A stretch of DNA of 64,000 nucleotides, taken from assembly GCA_963755715.1 (NCBI GenBank), contig CAVWLW010000074.1:1-64000 (forward strand), written 5' to 3'. Positions 9,915-20,159 of this stretch are shown piece after piece. The translations under genes and the position numbers were made by a program. The notes below the pieces were generated by a model that ran no database searches, was not told the origin of the DNA, and saw only the letters and a program-made list of their open reading frames with translations. The DNA comes from an uncultured delta proteobacterium (GTDB lineage: Bacteria; Desulfobacterota; Binatia; UBA9968). Position 1 is the stretch's first letter. The number at the start of each line of letters is the position of its first letter.

Positions 9915-10586
9915 ATGGCCAAAAAATTCAGCGACCAATTAAGGCTGCGCGCCGAGCGCATATGGCGCGCGATCGATGCTCATCCGTTCCTGCGTGAGCT
10001 GCACGCGGGCACCTTGCCGATGAATCGATTTATCTATTTCATACTGCAAGACTACGTTTATCTTCTCGACTTCGCTCAAGTGCTCGCCCAGGGCGCGGCC
10101 AAGTCTCCCGATCTCGAGACTCTCGAATTATTCTGCCGTCACGCGCTCGGCGCGGTCGAAGTGGAGCGAAGCTTTCACGCCAGCTTCGGCAAAAGTCTCG
10201 GACTGACACGCGGGCAACTCGACGAAGTGAGCAAGGGACCGATGACCCAGGCGTATATCGGCCATCTGCAGTCGGTGGCGCGCGGCGGCACCCTTGGCGA
10301 GATCGTTGCGGCGGTGCTGCCCTGTTATTGGATCTACGGCGAGGTCGGCAGGCGTTTGTATAAGAACCGGCCGCGCAAGCCGAAAATCTTTCGTGAATGG
10401 ATCGAGATTTATGCCTCGGAGGAATTTTGGAAACCGGTGCGTGAGCAAATTCAGCTAATGGATAGATTGAGCGTCGCCGCAAAGGGCCGCGAGAAACGGC
10501 TCATGGTAGAGCATTTCATTCTGAGCAGCCGGTACGAATATATGTTCTGGGAGCAGGCTTACCAGTTGGAAAGTTGGCCAATATAA
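9915..10586 (+). CDS. tenA: Thiaminase II / TenA
   Basis: HPF, QDYVYL, VLPCYWIYGE (catalytic Cys), WIEIY, YEYMFWEQAY. Confidence 0.92.
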   Translation: MAKKFSDQLRLRAERIWRAIDAHPFLRELHAGTLPMNRFIYFILQDYVYLLDFAQVLAQGAAKSPDLETLELFCRHALGAVEVERSFHASFGKSLGLTRGQLDEVSKGPMTQAYIGHLQSVARGGTLGEIVAAVLPCYWIYGEVGRRLYKNRPRKPKIFREWIEIYASEEFWKPVREQIQLMDRLSVAAKGREKRLMVEHFILSSRYEYMFWEQAYQLESWPI

Positions 10587-10718
10587 ATTTTTTCGATTCA
10601 GATCGTTTCGCCTCTTTTAAAGAGTTTCCCGCTCCGGGCCGTGCCGGTGAACGGCAAGCCGCCGTGCCGTGACTCCTATTGCAATCAACCGCAATTTCCG
10701 TCACATACATTCTCGCGT

Positions 10719-11972
10719 ATGAGACACTACTCCTGGTTGTTGATCATCTTGTTCCTTTTTGGCTGTGCCAAGGTTGTCTCGGTGCAGCAGATTCCCGAGA
10801 TCTCTCTCGGTGAGTCGACTTTTTTCCCCACCATCGAAGCTCACACTGACGCGCCGATCACGGCGGGCAACCGGATCGACGTTTTGCTGAACGGCGATGA
10901 AACATTTCCGGTTATGTTGCGCGAGATAAGAGCAGCCAAGTCGACGATTACTTTTGCCCAGTATCTTTTTGAAGGAGGAACGTTAGCGACCGAATTCGCG
11001 CAGGCATTCGCGGAGCGCTGCCGGGCCGGGATCGAGGCGGACATTTTGCTGGACGATCATGGATCGAGTAAAACTCCCGCGGAAATTATCGCGTTGATGC
11101 GCGACGCCGGCTGCCACGTCGAATTTTTTCGCAGAGTGGAAGTGCCCGCGGTCATTTTTCCGTGGAAACTGCTGCAATATAACTATCGGAGTCACCGGCG
11201 CATTCTCGTCATCGACGGCAGGGTGGGATTTACCGGCGGCTATGGAATCAGCGATACTTGGCTTGGCGACGGACGCACCCCGGAGCATTGGCGCGACACC
11301 AACGCCCGCATCGAAGGACCCGCGGTTAAATTTCTCCAAGCCGCCTTTGCCGAGAGCTGGTTGGAAACCACGGGCACCGCGATCGGCGGCGCGGGCTACT
11401 TTCCGCGCCTCGAGCCGGTCGGCAAGCTGCCGGCGCAAGTCGTCAGTAGCTCGCCGGCGGGCGGCAGCTTCCAAAACTACATGCTCTTCCTGCTCTCTAT
11501 CAATTCGGCGCGCAAAACGATTTTGATCGCCAATCCTTACTTCATTCCCGATGACGTGATGACGGAAGCATTGCTCAAAGCCGTCAGCCGCGGCGTGCGC
11601 GTGATCGTGTTGGTGCCCGGCAAGATAGACAGCCAGCTGACTTACACGGTGAGCCGCGGCCACTACGGCGGTTTGTTGCTCGGGGGCGCAGAGATCTTCG
11701 AATATCAAGCAGCGCTGATGCACGCCAAGACGATGGTCATAGACGGCATCTGGGCGACCATCGGCAGCACGAACTTCGACAATCGCTCGTTCGCTTTAAA
11801 CCAGGAGCTCAATCTCACCGTATACGATGCCTCGCTGGCGCACCGCCTCGAAACGATTTTTCAGGACGACTTAAACTATTCGAAAAAAATAACCTACGAA
11901 GAGTGGAATTCGCGCAGTGTCTTCGAACGGCTCTTCGAGCTTTTCGCCTTTCCGGTCAGAGAACAGCTCTGA
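10719..11972 (+). CDS. cls: Cardiolipin synthase / phospholipase D family
   Basis: Two HKD-type motifs (HRRILVIDG variant, HAKTMVIDG), WRDT, PYFIP, GSTNFD.RS; N-terminal lipoprotein-like signal. Confidence 0.9.
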   Translation: MRHYSWLLIILFLFGCAKVVSVQQIPEISLGESTFFPTIEAHTDAPITAGNRIDVLLNGDETFPVMLREIRAAKSTITFAQYLFEGGTLATEFAQAFAERCRAGIEADILLDDHGSSKTPAEIIALMRDAGCHVEFFRRVEVPAVIFPWKLLQYNYRSHRRILVIDGRVGFTGGYGISDTWLGDGRTPEHWRDTNARIEGPAVKFLQAAFAESWLETTGTAIGGAGYFPRLEPVGKLPAQVVSSSPAGGSFQNYMLFLLSINSARKTILIANPYFIPDDVMTEALLKAVSRGVRVIVLVPGKIDSQLTYTVSRGHYGGLLLGGAEIFEYQAALMHAKTMVIDGIWATIGSTNFDNRSFALNQELNLTVYDASLAHRLETIFQDDLNYSKKITYEEWNSRSVFERLFELFAFPVREQL

Positions 11973-12345
11973 GTGATGGGCGCTGAGGTGGGAGCTTGTT
12001 CGCCACGTCATTCACTTTTTCGCCGGATTGAGACGGGGTTATCCTGCTCCGCGCCGGTTTGACGCGCGCGCTTTGGCATTGATCCGATGTTCGACCTGCC
12101 GATCAACGACATGACGATTCAAGTCAAAATGATGCCCACGATTGCCAGACCCAATCGGTCGAGGCCGACGGCGACTCCGCTTCGCCCAAGCGTGACCGTG
12201 TGACGACGCCTCATTTCGTAAGGAACGTGGTTCCTTTTCAAATTGCCCGAGGCGAGCGCAATGGCACATTTATTATTTATTCCGGGGTGTTTGGGTCGTC
12301 GCGGCCGCGCATTTGCTAGTTTTCTCGGGTTCCTATAAAGTCTTG

Positions 12346-12470
12346 TTGGATCATGCCTTGATGCTAGTGGCGCGCAAGAGGTCGAAAACCGGGTAGTAAA
12401 TTCCTCATCGGCATGGACTGCGGCGTGGATACCACGCCGAAAGATTCCCGGTTTTGCCCACCCTCCCTCT
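12346..12470 (+). ncRNA. Candidate structured RNA (pseudoknot topology), family unknown
   Basis: CATGCC/GGCATG plus GATG/CATC stem, crossing AAAACCGGG/CCCGGTTTT stem, CGGCGTGG/CCACGCCG hairpin; TATAAA upstream. Confidence 0.3.
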
Positions 12471-12642
12471 TCCTAAAGCTGTAGATCATTAAAATCTCGG
12501 TGACAAAAGTCAGATGTCCGCGCCCAAGGAAGCCGTCGCTGAAGATGGCGAATTGAACAAGCGCCGACGCCATGGAATTGCAAAATAATGAGCGATATCG
12601 TTCATCGCTCGTCGGTGGCGGCAAGTTGAAGGAGCATGAAGG

Positions 12643-12933
12643 ATGATTGACGCGGCTAAGCGACTGTTTGTCGGGATCAAAATCTCCAAGGCATTGCAAC
12701 ATGAATTGGACAGCCCGGCGCCGGGGACCCAACATTACTTCGAAGGGAGCGATACCAATGATTTTCTTCAGATCATCAGCGTCGGAGAGCAAAAATTCAT
12801 CGGCAGATACATCAAAGACGGATTCCCGGCGACGAGTATCGTAGACGTGAGCCGCAACGTATGCAGCATTGTGAAATTGATCACCCGCGGCCGGCGCATC
12901 GAGGACAATGACGTCGAAATTTATTCCTGTTAA
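12643..12933 (+). CDS. Hypothetical protein
   Basis: Clean 96-aa ORF with GAAGGA RBS. Confidence 0.7.
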   Translation: MIDAAKRLFVGIKISKALQHELDSPAPGTQHYFEGSDTNDFLQIISVGEQKFIGRYIKDGFPATSIVDVSRNVCSIVKLITRGRRIEDNDVEIYSC

Positions 12934-12987
12934 CCCCTTGCAGCCAAAGAATCGCTGGGGCTTTCTTGTTTTCGGATGGAGGTTGAT

Positions 12988-13422
12988 ATGCTTGAGAGAA
13001 TTGAGATTCGTTTAAGAGACGGCACATTGGTACGGCATAAAAAACGGGGCTATCAAGGCAAGATCGAAGGCACGACGGCAATCAAGGCCTGCTTTACCAG
13101 AGACGGAACCTTGTTGAATACGCCGGTCACAAAAGAAGCTTTTCAGTATCGCGTAGCGGTCAGCGGCGAGTCGATGCGCCAAATCGCTCCCGAAGAAGAT
13201 TTAGAGATCCTCGACGCCACCGCGGACATTGAGTGCGTGATTTGCCATAAAATGTTTCGCACCAAACCGGGTTTAGTGGGTAAAGCGGGCGGACGATGCG
13301 CGTGCGGCGGGTGGATCTGTACCGCCTGCCTGGGTTGTCAAGCCGAAGAAGCGACAGCGGCCGCGACACACTGTAAAAGCCAACGCAAACGAGTCTTAAA
13401 AAAGCTCGCCAGCGTTAAATAA
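12988..13422 (+). CDS. Hypothetical protein, SH3-like N-terminus and Cys-rich (Zn-binding) C-terminus
   Basis: GGAGG RBS before MLERIE; CxxC, CxC, CxxCxxC. Confidence 0.7.
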   Translation: MLERIEIRLRDGTLVRHKKRGYQGKIEGTTAIKACFTRDGTLLNTPVTKEAFQYRVAVSGESMRQIAPEEDLEILDATADIECVICHKMFRTKPGLVGKAGGRCACGGWICTACLGCQAEEATAAATHCKSQRKRVLKKLASVK

Positions 13423-13556
13423 CTTGCGCAGTTCGGGCGGCGTCTTTCGGTGTGTCGATTTGCCGAGTTCTTGTTCGTGACCCGCTCGGCTGTTTTCGAA
13501 TTCAGCATTGCGCGCGCGGCGTTCTGCGCGAAGCCACATTGCCCAGTACAAATCGA

Positions 13557-13860
13557 TCAGATTTCCTGTTTAGCGTACTCGCAGCGCGGGCATGCTGAGC
13601 CTGCCAAAACCGGCCAACCGCAGTCGTGACAATTCGTCACCGGCTCGCCCAACATTCCTCGCACCAGCGAGCCGCAGCGTCGGCCGCCGCACGGGCCGGT
13701 ACCGACGCCGGTGCGTTTACTGACTTGCTCAAACGTTTTGGCGCCGGCCTGAATCGCTTTCACCACAGTGCCTTTGCGGATCTTGTTGCACAGGCAAGCC
13801 GGTTTGAAGTTCTCGATGACCGCCTGCTCTCTGGCTTTTTGCTCTAGCTCGTCGATGGCG
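13557..13860 (-). CDS. BFD-like [2Fe-2S]-binding protein with C-terminal Zn ribbon; start unclear
   Basis: In-frame CLCNKI..GTVVKAI..GA.T.......TGVGTGPCGGRRC, then CxxC..CxxC; frame open upstream of the called GTG. Confidence 0.8.
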
Positions 13861-13917
13861 AGGTATCCTTCCTAAGGTCCATTAACCGCACTTTAGCACA
13901 AAATCTCTCGAATCTAA

Positions 13918-14908
13918 TTACCTGACGCCGATAACCAAGGAAGACGTGAGCGGGGCTGGCAGCTTAGTTTCTTGGATTTGGGTCAAGCCGGCGCGTGTCA
14001 TCCAAGCTTGGATTTCAGCAAAGCTATAACATCGTCCGCCGGCCGTGGTTAGAAGCATCAGCAAGCTAAAGATCGCGCCGACCGGCGGGTTTGCGCGGCT
14101 TTCCTCGAGGATGTGATCTTTGATGACCAGTCGTCCAGAGGGTCTAAGATTTGCCGTCAGTTTGCCCACGAGCGTCTGATTCGTTTGATAATTTTCGCCG
14201 TGAATGATGTTGGATAAAAATATCAGGTCGTAATTTTCCGGAATCGGGTCGCTGCGATAATCGCCGGCAATCAAGCGGATTCGCTCGCTCAGACCGGCGT
14301 CGCGAACGTAGCGTTCGGTAATCTTGAGCGTCGCCGGCAAGTCGAAGATCGTGGCGCGGAGCCGGGAAAAACGCTGGCAAAGGCCGATCGGATAGGTCGC
14401 CGGTCCAGCACCAATGTCGAGCAGCTCTTCCACCCCGCGCCAGTCAAGAGCGTTCGCCAATGCATCGGCGTCGCCGCGTGCCTTGACCAGAGAATCCATC
14501 GCCTGGATAAAAACCTCGGTTTCCGTTGGATCCAGTTGATACATGTCGGCCGGCCGCACCGGCTGGCCGGAACGAATCGCTTGCGGCAATTGCTCCCAGC
14601 AATGCCAGAGCGACGATTCGAAACGGATCATCGCGCCGAGATATTGGGCTGAGTTTTGTACGCAAAAATTGTCTCGCGATTGGCGCGAGAGAAAAGGCGT
14701 AGTGTTGTTTTTCGAGGAGATTTAGCGCCACGAGCGCGTTCAATAACAATTCAGTTGCGGCGGTATCGAGGACAAGCCTAGCTGCCACCGCTTCGGCGCC
14801 GAGCGGTTCGTTGTCCAAGACATCGAAGATCCGAAGCTCGACGGCGGTCTGCACGATGCGCGCTTCGACATGGCCGGCGGCGAGGTTCATCAATTGGGAG
14901 AAATTCAT
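13918..14908 (-). CDS. SAM-dependent O-methyltransferase (dimerisation + Methyltransf_2); frameshift near 14660
   Basis: TAVELRIFD..L, LLDIGAGPA, IFDLP, AGDY, LSNIIH; removing one A restores NSAQYLGAMIRFE. Confidence 0.85.
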
Positions 14909-14982
14909 TTCATTCTAATGTTCCATCTCGCAGGGCCGATGAAGAAGTCCGTTTTCGCATTACTCGAGATAGCGTTTAAGAA

Positions 14983-15009
14983 AGATTTCTCCCTTCGGTC
15001 GAAATGACA
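14983..15009. repeat. REP-like short palindrome
   Basis: AGATTTCTCCCTTCGGTCGAAATGACA with ATTTC/GAAAT arms. Confidence 0.4.
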
Positions 15010-15090
15010 AGTATTGTTCGGCGCAGGCTTGCGCTTCGGGTTCAATCGCAATCGGTTTAACGCATTCTCCGGATTTCGAATTCTCCAGCG

Positions 15091-16599
15091 CTAGAGTTTT
15101 TCGATGATGCGGTAGCTGCGGCTTTTCGGTTTCAGCGGGGCGAGGATGCCGGTTTTTACCATCAGGCGAATTTCCCGATAGGCCGTGTCGCGATCGACTT
15201 CGGCGATTCTTTCATACTCGGCGGTCGAAAAGGTCTTGCCGTGGCAGTAGGCATAGGCGAGCAGGCGGCGCTGGCGCAGATTGATCTGCGTCGCGTTGAA
15301 TTGATTGAGCCATCGGAGCGTCGCCTCGTCGTACACCGGCGCATTGCGCAAGGTGACGGTGAAAAGAAAACCGTCGATCGATAACTCGGGTGGATGCAGG
15401 CCGTAGCTTTCCATTTCCTGAAACATGCGCGGTACGCCTTCGCCCATTTCGCGCAGATAGCCCAGGTCGGCGAGGGCGCGCACGAGCAGCGGGTTGCGCG
15501 AAAAGTGAATGCTTTTCTGCCGACGCAGCTGCTCGAGCGTGACCGGCGCCGGCGGCAGACCCGGGCTACGCACGACGACGTGATCGTCGAACATCCAGAT
15601 CTCGATCGAGGCGCCGTTCAGCGCATAGTCGCGGTGCGCCACCGCGTTCACCAACGCTTCTTGCCAAGCGAAAGTCGGGTACTCAAGGCGCTCGCGAAAA
15701 AAAAGATCGTGTAAGATTGTCCGTTCGCGAATATGTTCTTTGATCCGTCCGACCGCTTCGCCGATCAACCGCGCCAAAGGAGCTTCGAAGCGAATGCGCT
15801 TGACGACGTTGAGCGAGCTGCCGAATTGCCGGTCGGTGCCGTCGTATTTGACGAAGTCGATGCCGGCGCGTGGATGCCAGCGCGTCGGCTCTTTCGCGAA
15901 TAGCAGCAGTGCCGCCATATTGGGGGAGGGGAGCCCGCGCGAGTGGTCGAGCAAGTGGTACGTGTGGCTGAGCACGCTCTGAGGATCTTGACCGTCGTGC
16001 GTTTTCTTGACGAACTCCTGGACCAGGTCCGCATCGAGGTCGAACCAGGTTGCATTGAGCGCTTGCTGGCGTTCGAAAAAAACGCTTTTCTTGGCTTCCT
16101 TGAGCGCGTGGATTTGATCCGCCGGCAGCGACGCCGTCTCGGCGGCGACGCGGTAAAACGACCGGCCGCCGGCGACGCGATAAATCTCCGAGCCGGACGG
16201 GACTTCGAACTTGAGTAACTGCAAATTGCCGAGGCGGACTTTTTCACAAGCCGGGTTGAGCGGCGGGCGCAGCATATTTTGCGGGCTTTGGATCAGCGAT
16301 TGCAGCTCGTCGTGATCGTAGGGAATGCCGGTGACGCTCTTGTCGGGCTCGACACCGACCAATAACGCTCCTCCATCCGCGTTGGCCATGCCGGAGAGAA
16401 CCCGTGCGATCTCGCGGGCGAGGTCCTCTTCGGATTTCTTCTGGCCGCCGCCGCGGCGGTACTCGTGCGCGCTGATAAATTCAAGAAACTGGCCGCGCTC
16501 TTGTTTCAGCAGCAGTCCGATTTCCTCTGCTTGCATGGAATTCATTGGGCAGGAGTGAGGGGCAAGGCGTGACGGGAAGCTCCAGTCCTTACCGTTCAC
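15091..16599 (-). CDS. Schlafen/AlbA_2 domain + RecG-C/HATPase_c_4-like domain + C-terminal wHTH protein
   Basis: MANADGGALLVGV (AlbA_2); EALVNAVAHRDY, RSPG, SRNP, GEGV motifs; HTH-like C-terminus. Confidence 0.88.
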   Translation of the reverse strand: MNGKDWSFPSRLAPHSCPMNSMQAEEIGLLLKQERGQFLEFISAHEYRRGGGQKKSEEDLAREIARVLSGMANADGGALLVGVEPDKSVTGIPYDHDELQSLIQSPQNMLRPPLNPACEKVRLGNLQLLKFEVPSGSEIYRVAGGRSFYRVAAETASLPADQIHALKEAKKSVFFERQQALNATWFDLDADLVQEFVKKTHDGQDPQSVLSHTYHLLDHSRGLPSPNMAALLLFAKEPTRWHPRAGIDFVKYDGTDRQFGSSLNVVKRIRFEAPLARLIGEAVGRIKEHIRERTILHDLFFRERLEYPTFAWQEALVNAVAHRDYALNGASIEIWMFDDHVVVRSPGLPPAPVTLEQLRRQKSIHFSRNPLLVRALADLGYLREMGEGVPRMFQEMESYGLHPPELSIDGFLFTVTLRNAPVYDEATLRWLNQFNATQINLRQRRLLAYAYCHGKTFSTAEYERIAEVDRDTAYREIRLMVKTGILAPLKPKSRSYRIIEKL

Positions 16600-17785
16600 G
16601 CTTCATTTATTTTTTCCGCGGCGTTCAGTTTGACAATCTCCAACACTATCTGCGCTGATAAATTGAGATCTTTCAGATCGAGCCACTCGTTGACCGTATG
16701 TATCTCGCGCATGCCGGTCGATAGGTTGGCGACGACCAGGCCTTTTTGATTGAGCACGTTGGCGTCGCAACCGCTGCCGGTCGCAAGAGTCTTCACTTCC
16801 AGGCGCAAATTTTTCGCCGCGGCATGCACGAGCTGGACTATCGGCGCGTTCTCGGGCACGTCCATACGATCGTAATCGCGCTCGATCTTGGCTTCGACTC
16901 GGGCCAAATGACGCTTGCCGTCGAATTCGAGTACGTAACGCGCCGCGGCTTCCTCAAGGCAGCGCTTCATGTGCTCGGTCTGCCGATCGAGTTTTTCCTG
17001 GCTGTGGCTGCGCGCTTGGGCTAGCAGAACGACCTGATTGGGCACGATGTTGACTGCCATGCCGCCTTCGATGACGCCGATGTTGGCGGTGGTCTCATGA
17101 TCGATGCGGCCCAGGCGCATTTGCGCGATGCCGTCGGCGGCGACTTTGATTGCGTTGATGCCTTTTTCCGGACAGATGCCGGCGTGGGCTTCGAGGCCAT
17201 GGACGCGAAACTCCATGCGGTTGGCCGCCGGCGCTTTGGTAAAGAGAAAGCCGACAGAGTCGCTATCGAGCACGAGACCCGTGCGCGCGCGCAAGCGGCT
17301 CACGTCGAGGCATTTGGCGCCGATCAAACCCGCCTCTTCGCAGATCGTGAAAACCACATCGACGGCGCTGCAAGGTATGCGGTTTTCTTTGATCACGCGC
17401 AAGACTTCGCAAATGATCGCAACCCCGCTCTTGTCATCGCCGCCGAGAACCGTGCGTCCGTCGGTGCGCAGAATATCGCCGTCCAAAATCGGCACGATGC
17501 CTTCGCCGGGAACCACGGTGTCCATGTGGGCCGAGAGTAGCAGCGGCTCGGCGCCGGCGACGTTGCCGGGAAAATGAGCGATGAGATTGCCCACGTTGCC
17601 GCCGACCTTTTCGCCGGCGTCGTCGATCGAAAACCTGTTGCGCCGAGCTCTTCCATCTCGCGCTTCAGGCGCATGGCGACGTTAAGCTCTTTGCGCGAGA
17701 GACTGTCGATCTTGATGAGCTCGATCAGGAAGTTTTTGAGACGCTCTTGATTGATCAAGCCCGCTCGAATTTCGGTCTGATTCAT
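16596..17785 (-). CDS. M20 family peptidase (PepT-like); frameshift near 17630
   Basis: AHMDTV, GGDDKSG, EEAG, AHAG..PEKG, GCDAN, IHT.NE; N-terminus INQERL...[10 protein letters not shown] in another frame. Confidence 0.88.
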
Positions 17786-17811
17786 GGTCGAAGATTCGTG
17801 GTCGTCCCTTC

Positions 17812-18999
17812 TTATATGGCTTGGCGAATGTTTTCAATTAACAAGGCGATGCCCTGTCCGCCGCCGATGCAGGCGCTCCCCAGTCCGAAACGGGCGCCGC
17901 GCCGGTGGAGTTCGTACATGAGAGTAACGGTGATGCGGGCGCCGGTGGCGCCCAAAGGATGGCCGAGGGCGATGGCGCCGCCGTTGACGTTCACCTGCTC
18001 GCGGTTTAGGCCTAACTCGCGTTCCACGGCTAGATATTGCGCGGCGAAGGCTTCGTTTACTTCGATCAGGTCGATTTGATCCAGCCTGAGTCGAGCGCGC
18101 TCCAGAGCCGCGCGTATCGCCGATGCCGGCCCGATGCCCATCATGCTTGGCTCGCATCCGGTGATCCCCCAGGATCGAATTTTCACCGCCCCCTTGAGTT
18201 GGTATTTTTCCGCGTTCTCCTCGGTAGTGAGGATGACCGCCGCCGCGCCGTCGCAGATGCCGCTCGCGTTTCCCGCCGTGACGACCCCGTCTTTTTTGAA
18301 AACAGGCTTAAGCGCGCCAAGTTCTTCGCGCGTGGTTTCCGGCCGCGGATGCTCGTCGCGCTGCAACGCCGAGTCGATCGGAACGATCTCTTGGCCAAGA
18401 CGCCCGGACTCCAGGGCGAGCTTGGTCCTCATTTGGCTTTGATAGGCGAACTCATCGGCTTCTTTGCGGGCAACGCCGTATTTGGCGGCGAGTTTTTCCG
18501 CGGTGTGCGCCATCGAAAGATCGCAGTAGCCGTCGGTTAGCGCCGACCACAAGGAGTCCTCGATTTTTCCTTCCTCGCCGAGGGCGATTCCCCAGCGCGC
18601 GTTTCGGATCACGTGGGGAGCCTGGCTCATGCTCTCGGTGCCGCCCGCCAGCACGAATTCCGCATCGCCTAAAAGCAGCATTTGGGCGGCGGTGATGATC
18701 GACTGAAAGCCCGAGCCGCACAGCCGGTTAAGCGTGAGCGCGGGTGTCGATTGCGGGATGCCGGCGCGAAGCCCGATGTGGCGCGCCAGGTAAATCGCGT
18801 CGGCGCTGGTCTGGAGCGCGTTACCGAAGATGACATGATCGATATTTTCCGCCCGCACCTGGGATCTTTTGATCGCCGCTTGAGCCGCGACGACACCGAG
18901 ATCGGTGGCGCTCAGGTCTTTCAGCGCGCCGCCGAATTTGCCAAAAGGCGTGCGGGCGCCCGCCAGGATGACGATTGTGCGATCGGTCGGCGCGGCCAT
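17812..18999 (-). CDS. Acetyl-CoA C-acyltransferase (canonical thiolase)
   Basis: [23 protein letters not shown]. Confidence 0.95.
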   Translation of the reverse strand: MAAPTDRTIVILAGARTPFGKFGGALKDLSATDLGVVAAQAAIKRSQVRAENIDHVIFGNALQTSADAIYLARHIGLRAGIPQSTPALTLNRLCGSGFQSIITAAQMLLLGDAEFVLAGGTESMSQAPHVIRNARWGIALGEEGKIEDSLWSALTDGYCDLSMAHTAEKLAAKYGVARKEADEFAYQSQMRTKLALESGRLGQEIVPIDSALQRDEHPRPETTREELGALKPVFKKDGVVTAGNASGICDGAAAVILTTEENAEKYQLKGAVKIRSWGITGCEPSMMGIGPASAIRAALERARLRLDQIDLIEVNEAFAAQYLAVERELGLNREQVNVNGGAIALGHPLGATGARITVTLMYELHRRGARFGLGSACIGGGQGIALLIENIRQAI

Positions 19000-19102
19000 A
19001 AGTCAAATCTAACATGGAAAATTGTCGCGTGGCAATTTAGAATCATCGAGTATCCAAACCGCAAACCTCACAAGGGGAGCGATCAAAAAGGGGGACGAGT
19101 CT

Positions 19103-20029
19103 ATGGCGTCGGACATTCGCAAAGTTGGGGTCGTGGGCATCGGTCTCATGGGCAGCGGCATCGCCCAGGTCGCCGCCGCAAAGAACTTCGATACCGTTGT
19201 TGTCGATGTGAGCGCGGAGATCATCGCCAAAGGCATGGAACGAATCCGCGCTAGCGTACGGCGGCTGGTGGAGAGTTACCAGAAAACGAGCGGCAAGTCC
19301 GGCATCGCGCCGGATGAAGAAAACGGAATCATCGCGCGCATCAAGCCCTCAACGGAGCGGAGCCATCTGCTCGATTGCGACATCGTGATCGAAGCGGTGG
19401 TCGAAGATGAGCCGGCAAAAAAGCAGCTCATTTCGTCCTTGGCGCAATCGGGCTATCAAAAACTCCTGGTTTCCAACACCTCGTCTATTTCCATCACGCG
19501 CCTGGCGAGCGCGTATTCGTCCCCTGAGAAGTTCATGGGCATGCACTTTATGAACCCGGTGCCGGTCCAGCCTGGCTGCGAACTCATCCGCGGGCTTTTG
19601 ACCTCGAAGGAGACCTGGGAAAGGGTTGCGGCCTTCTGCGGCGAACTGGGGAAAGAACCGATCTTTGCCGAAGACAAAGCCGGCTTCGGCATCAACCGCA
19701 TGTTTGTGCCGTTCTTGATCGAAGCGGTCAAAGTGATCGAAGAGGGGATTATGAGCTGCGAAGACGCCGACAAGACGACCCTATGCCTGGGCCATAAGAT
19801 GGGGCCGATCAGCACTTTGGACTTCGTCGGCTTGGACACCACGCTGGCGATTGCCGAAGTCCTGCGCGAGGAGCTTGGGCCGAGCTATCGGGCTCCGGAT
19901 TTGCTGCGCAAGTTGGTCGCTGCGGGTTTTTACGGCGTCAAGAACGGCAAAGGGTTTTATCTTTGGGAAAAAGGAAAAAAGACAGGCGTCAATCCCGCCG
20001 TCGCGCGCTACCATAGAGCCGAACTCTAA
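19103..20029 (+). CDS. hbd: 3-hydroxybutyryl/3-hydroxyacyl-CoA dehydrogenase
   Basis: GIGLMGSGIA, EAVVE, SNTSS, GMHFMNP, GH.MGP..TLDFVGLD. Confidence 0.92.
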   Translation: MASDIRKVGVVGIGLMGSGIAQVAAAKNFDTVVVDVSAEIIAKGMERIRASVRRLVESYQKTSGKSGIAPDEENGIIARIKPSTERSHLLDCDIVIEAVVEDEPAKKQLISSLAQSGYQKLLVSNTSSISITRLASAYSSPEKFMGMHFMNPVPVQPGCELIRGLLTSKETWERVAAFCGELGKEPIFAEDKAGFGINRMFVPFLIEAVKVIEEGIMSCEDADKTTLCLGHKMGPISTLDFVGLDTTLAIAEVLREELGPSYRAPDLLRKLVAAGFYGVKNGKGFYLWEKGKKTGVNPAVARYHRAEL

Positions 20030-20050
20030 GGTTTGACTCCAAGAAAGTTT

Positions 20051-20131
20051 CCCCGCCAAGGCGCAAAGGCGCCAAGGTTAGGAGAGTTCGAAGAAACTTT
20101 TTAACTTTGCGCCTTTGTGCCTTGGCGGGAG
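20051..20131. repeat. Long intergenic palindromic repeat between convergent genes
   Basis: CCCGCCAAGGCGCAAAGGCGC ... GCGCCTTTGTGCCTTGGCGGG. Confidence 0.7.
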
Positions 20132-20159
20132 ACATCGTTTTTCCAATCTTGCCCCTTGG

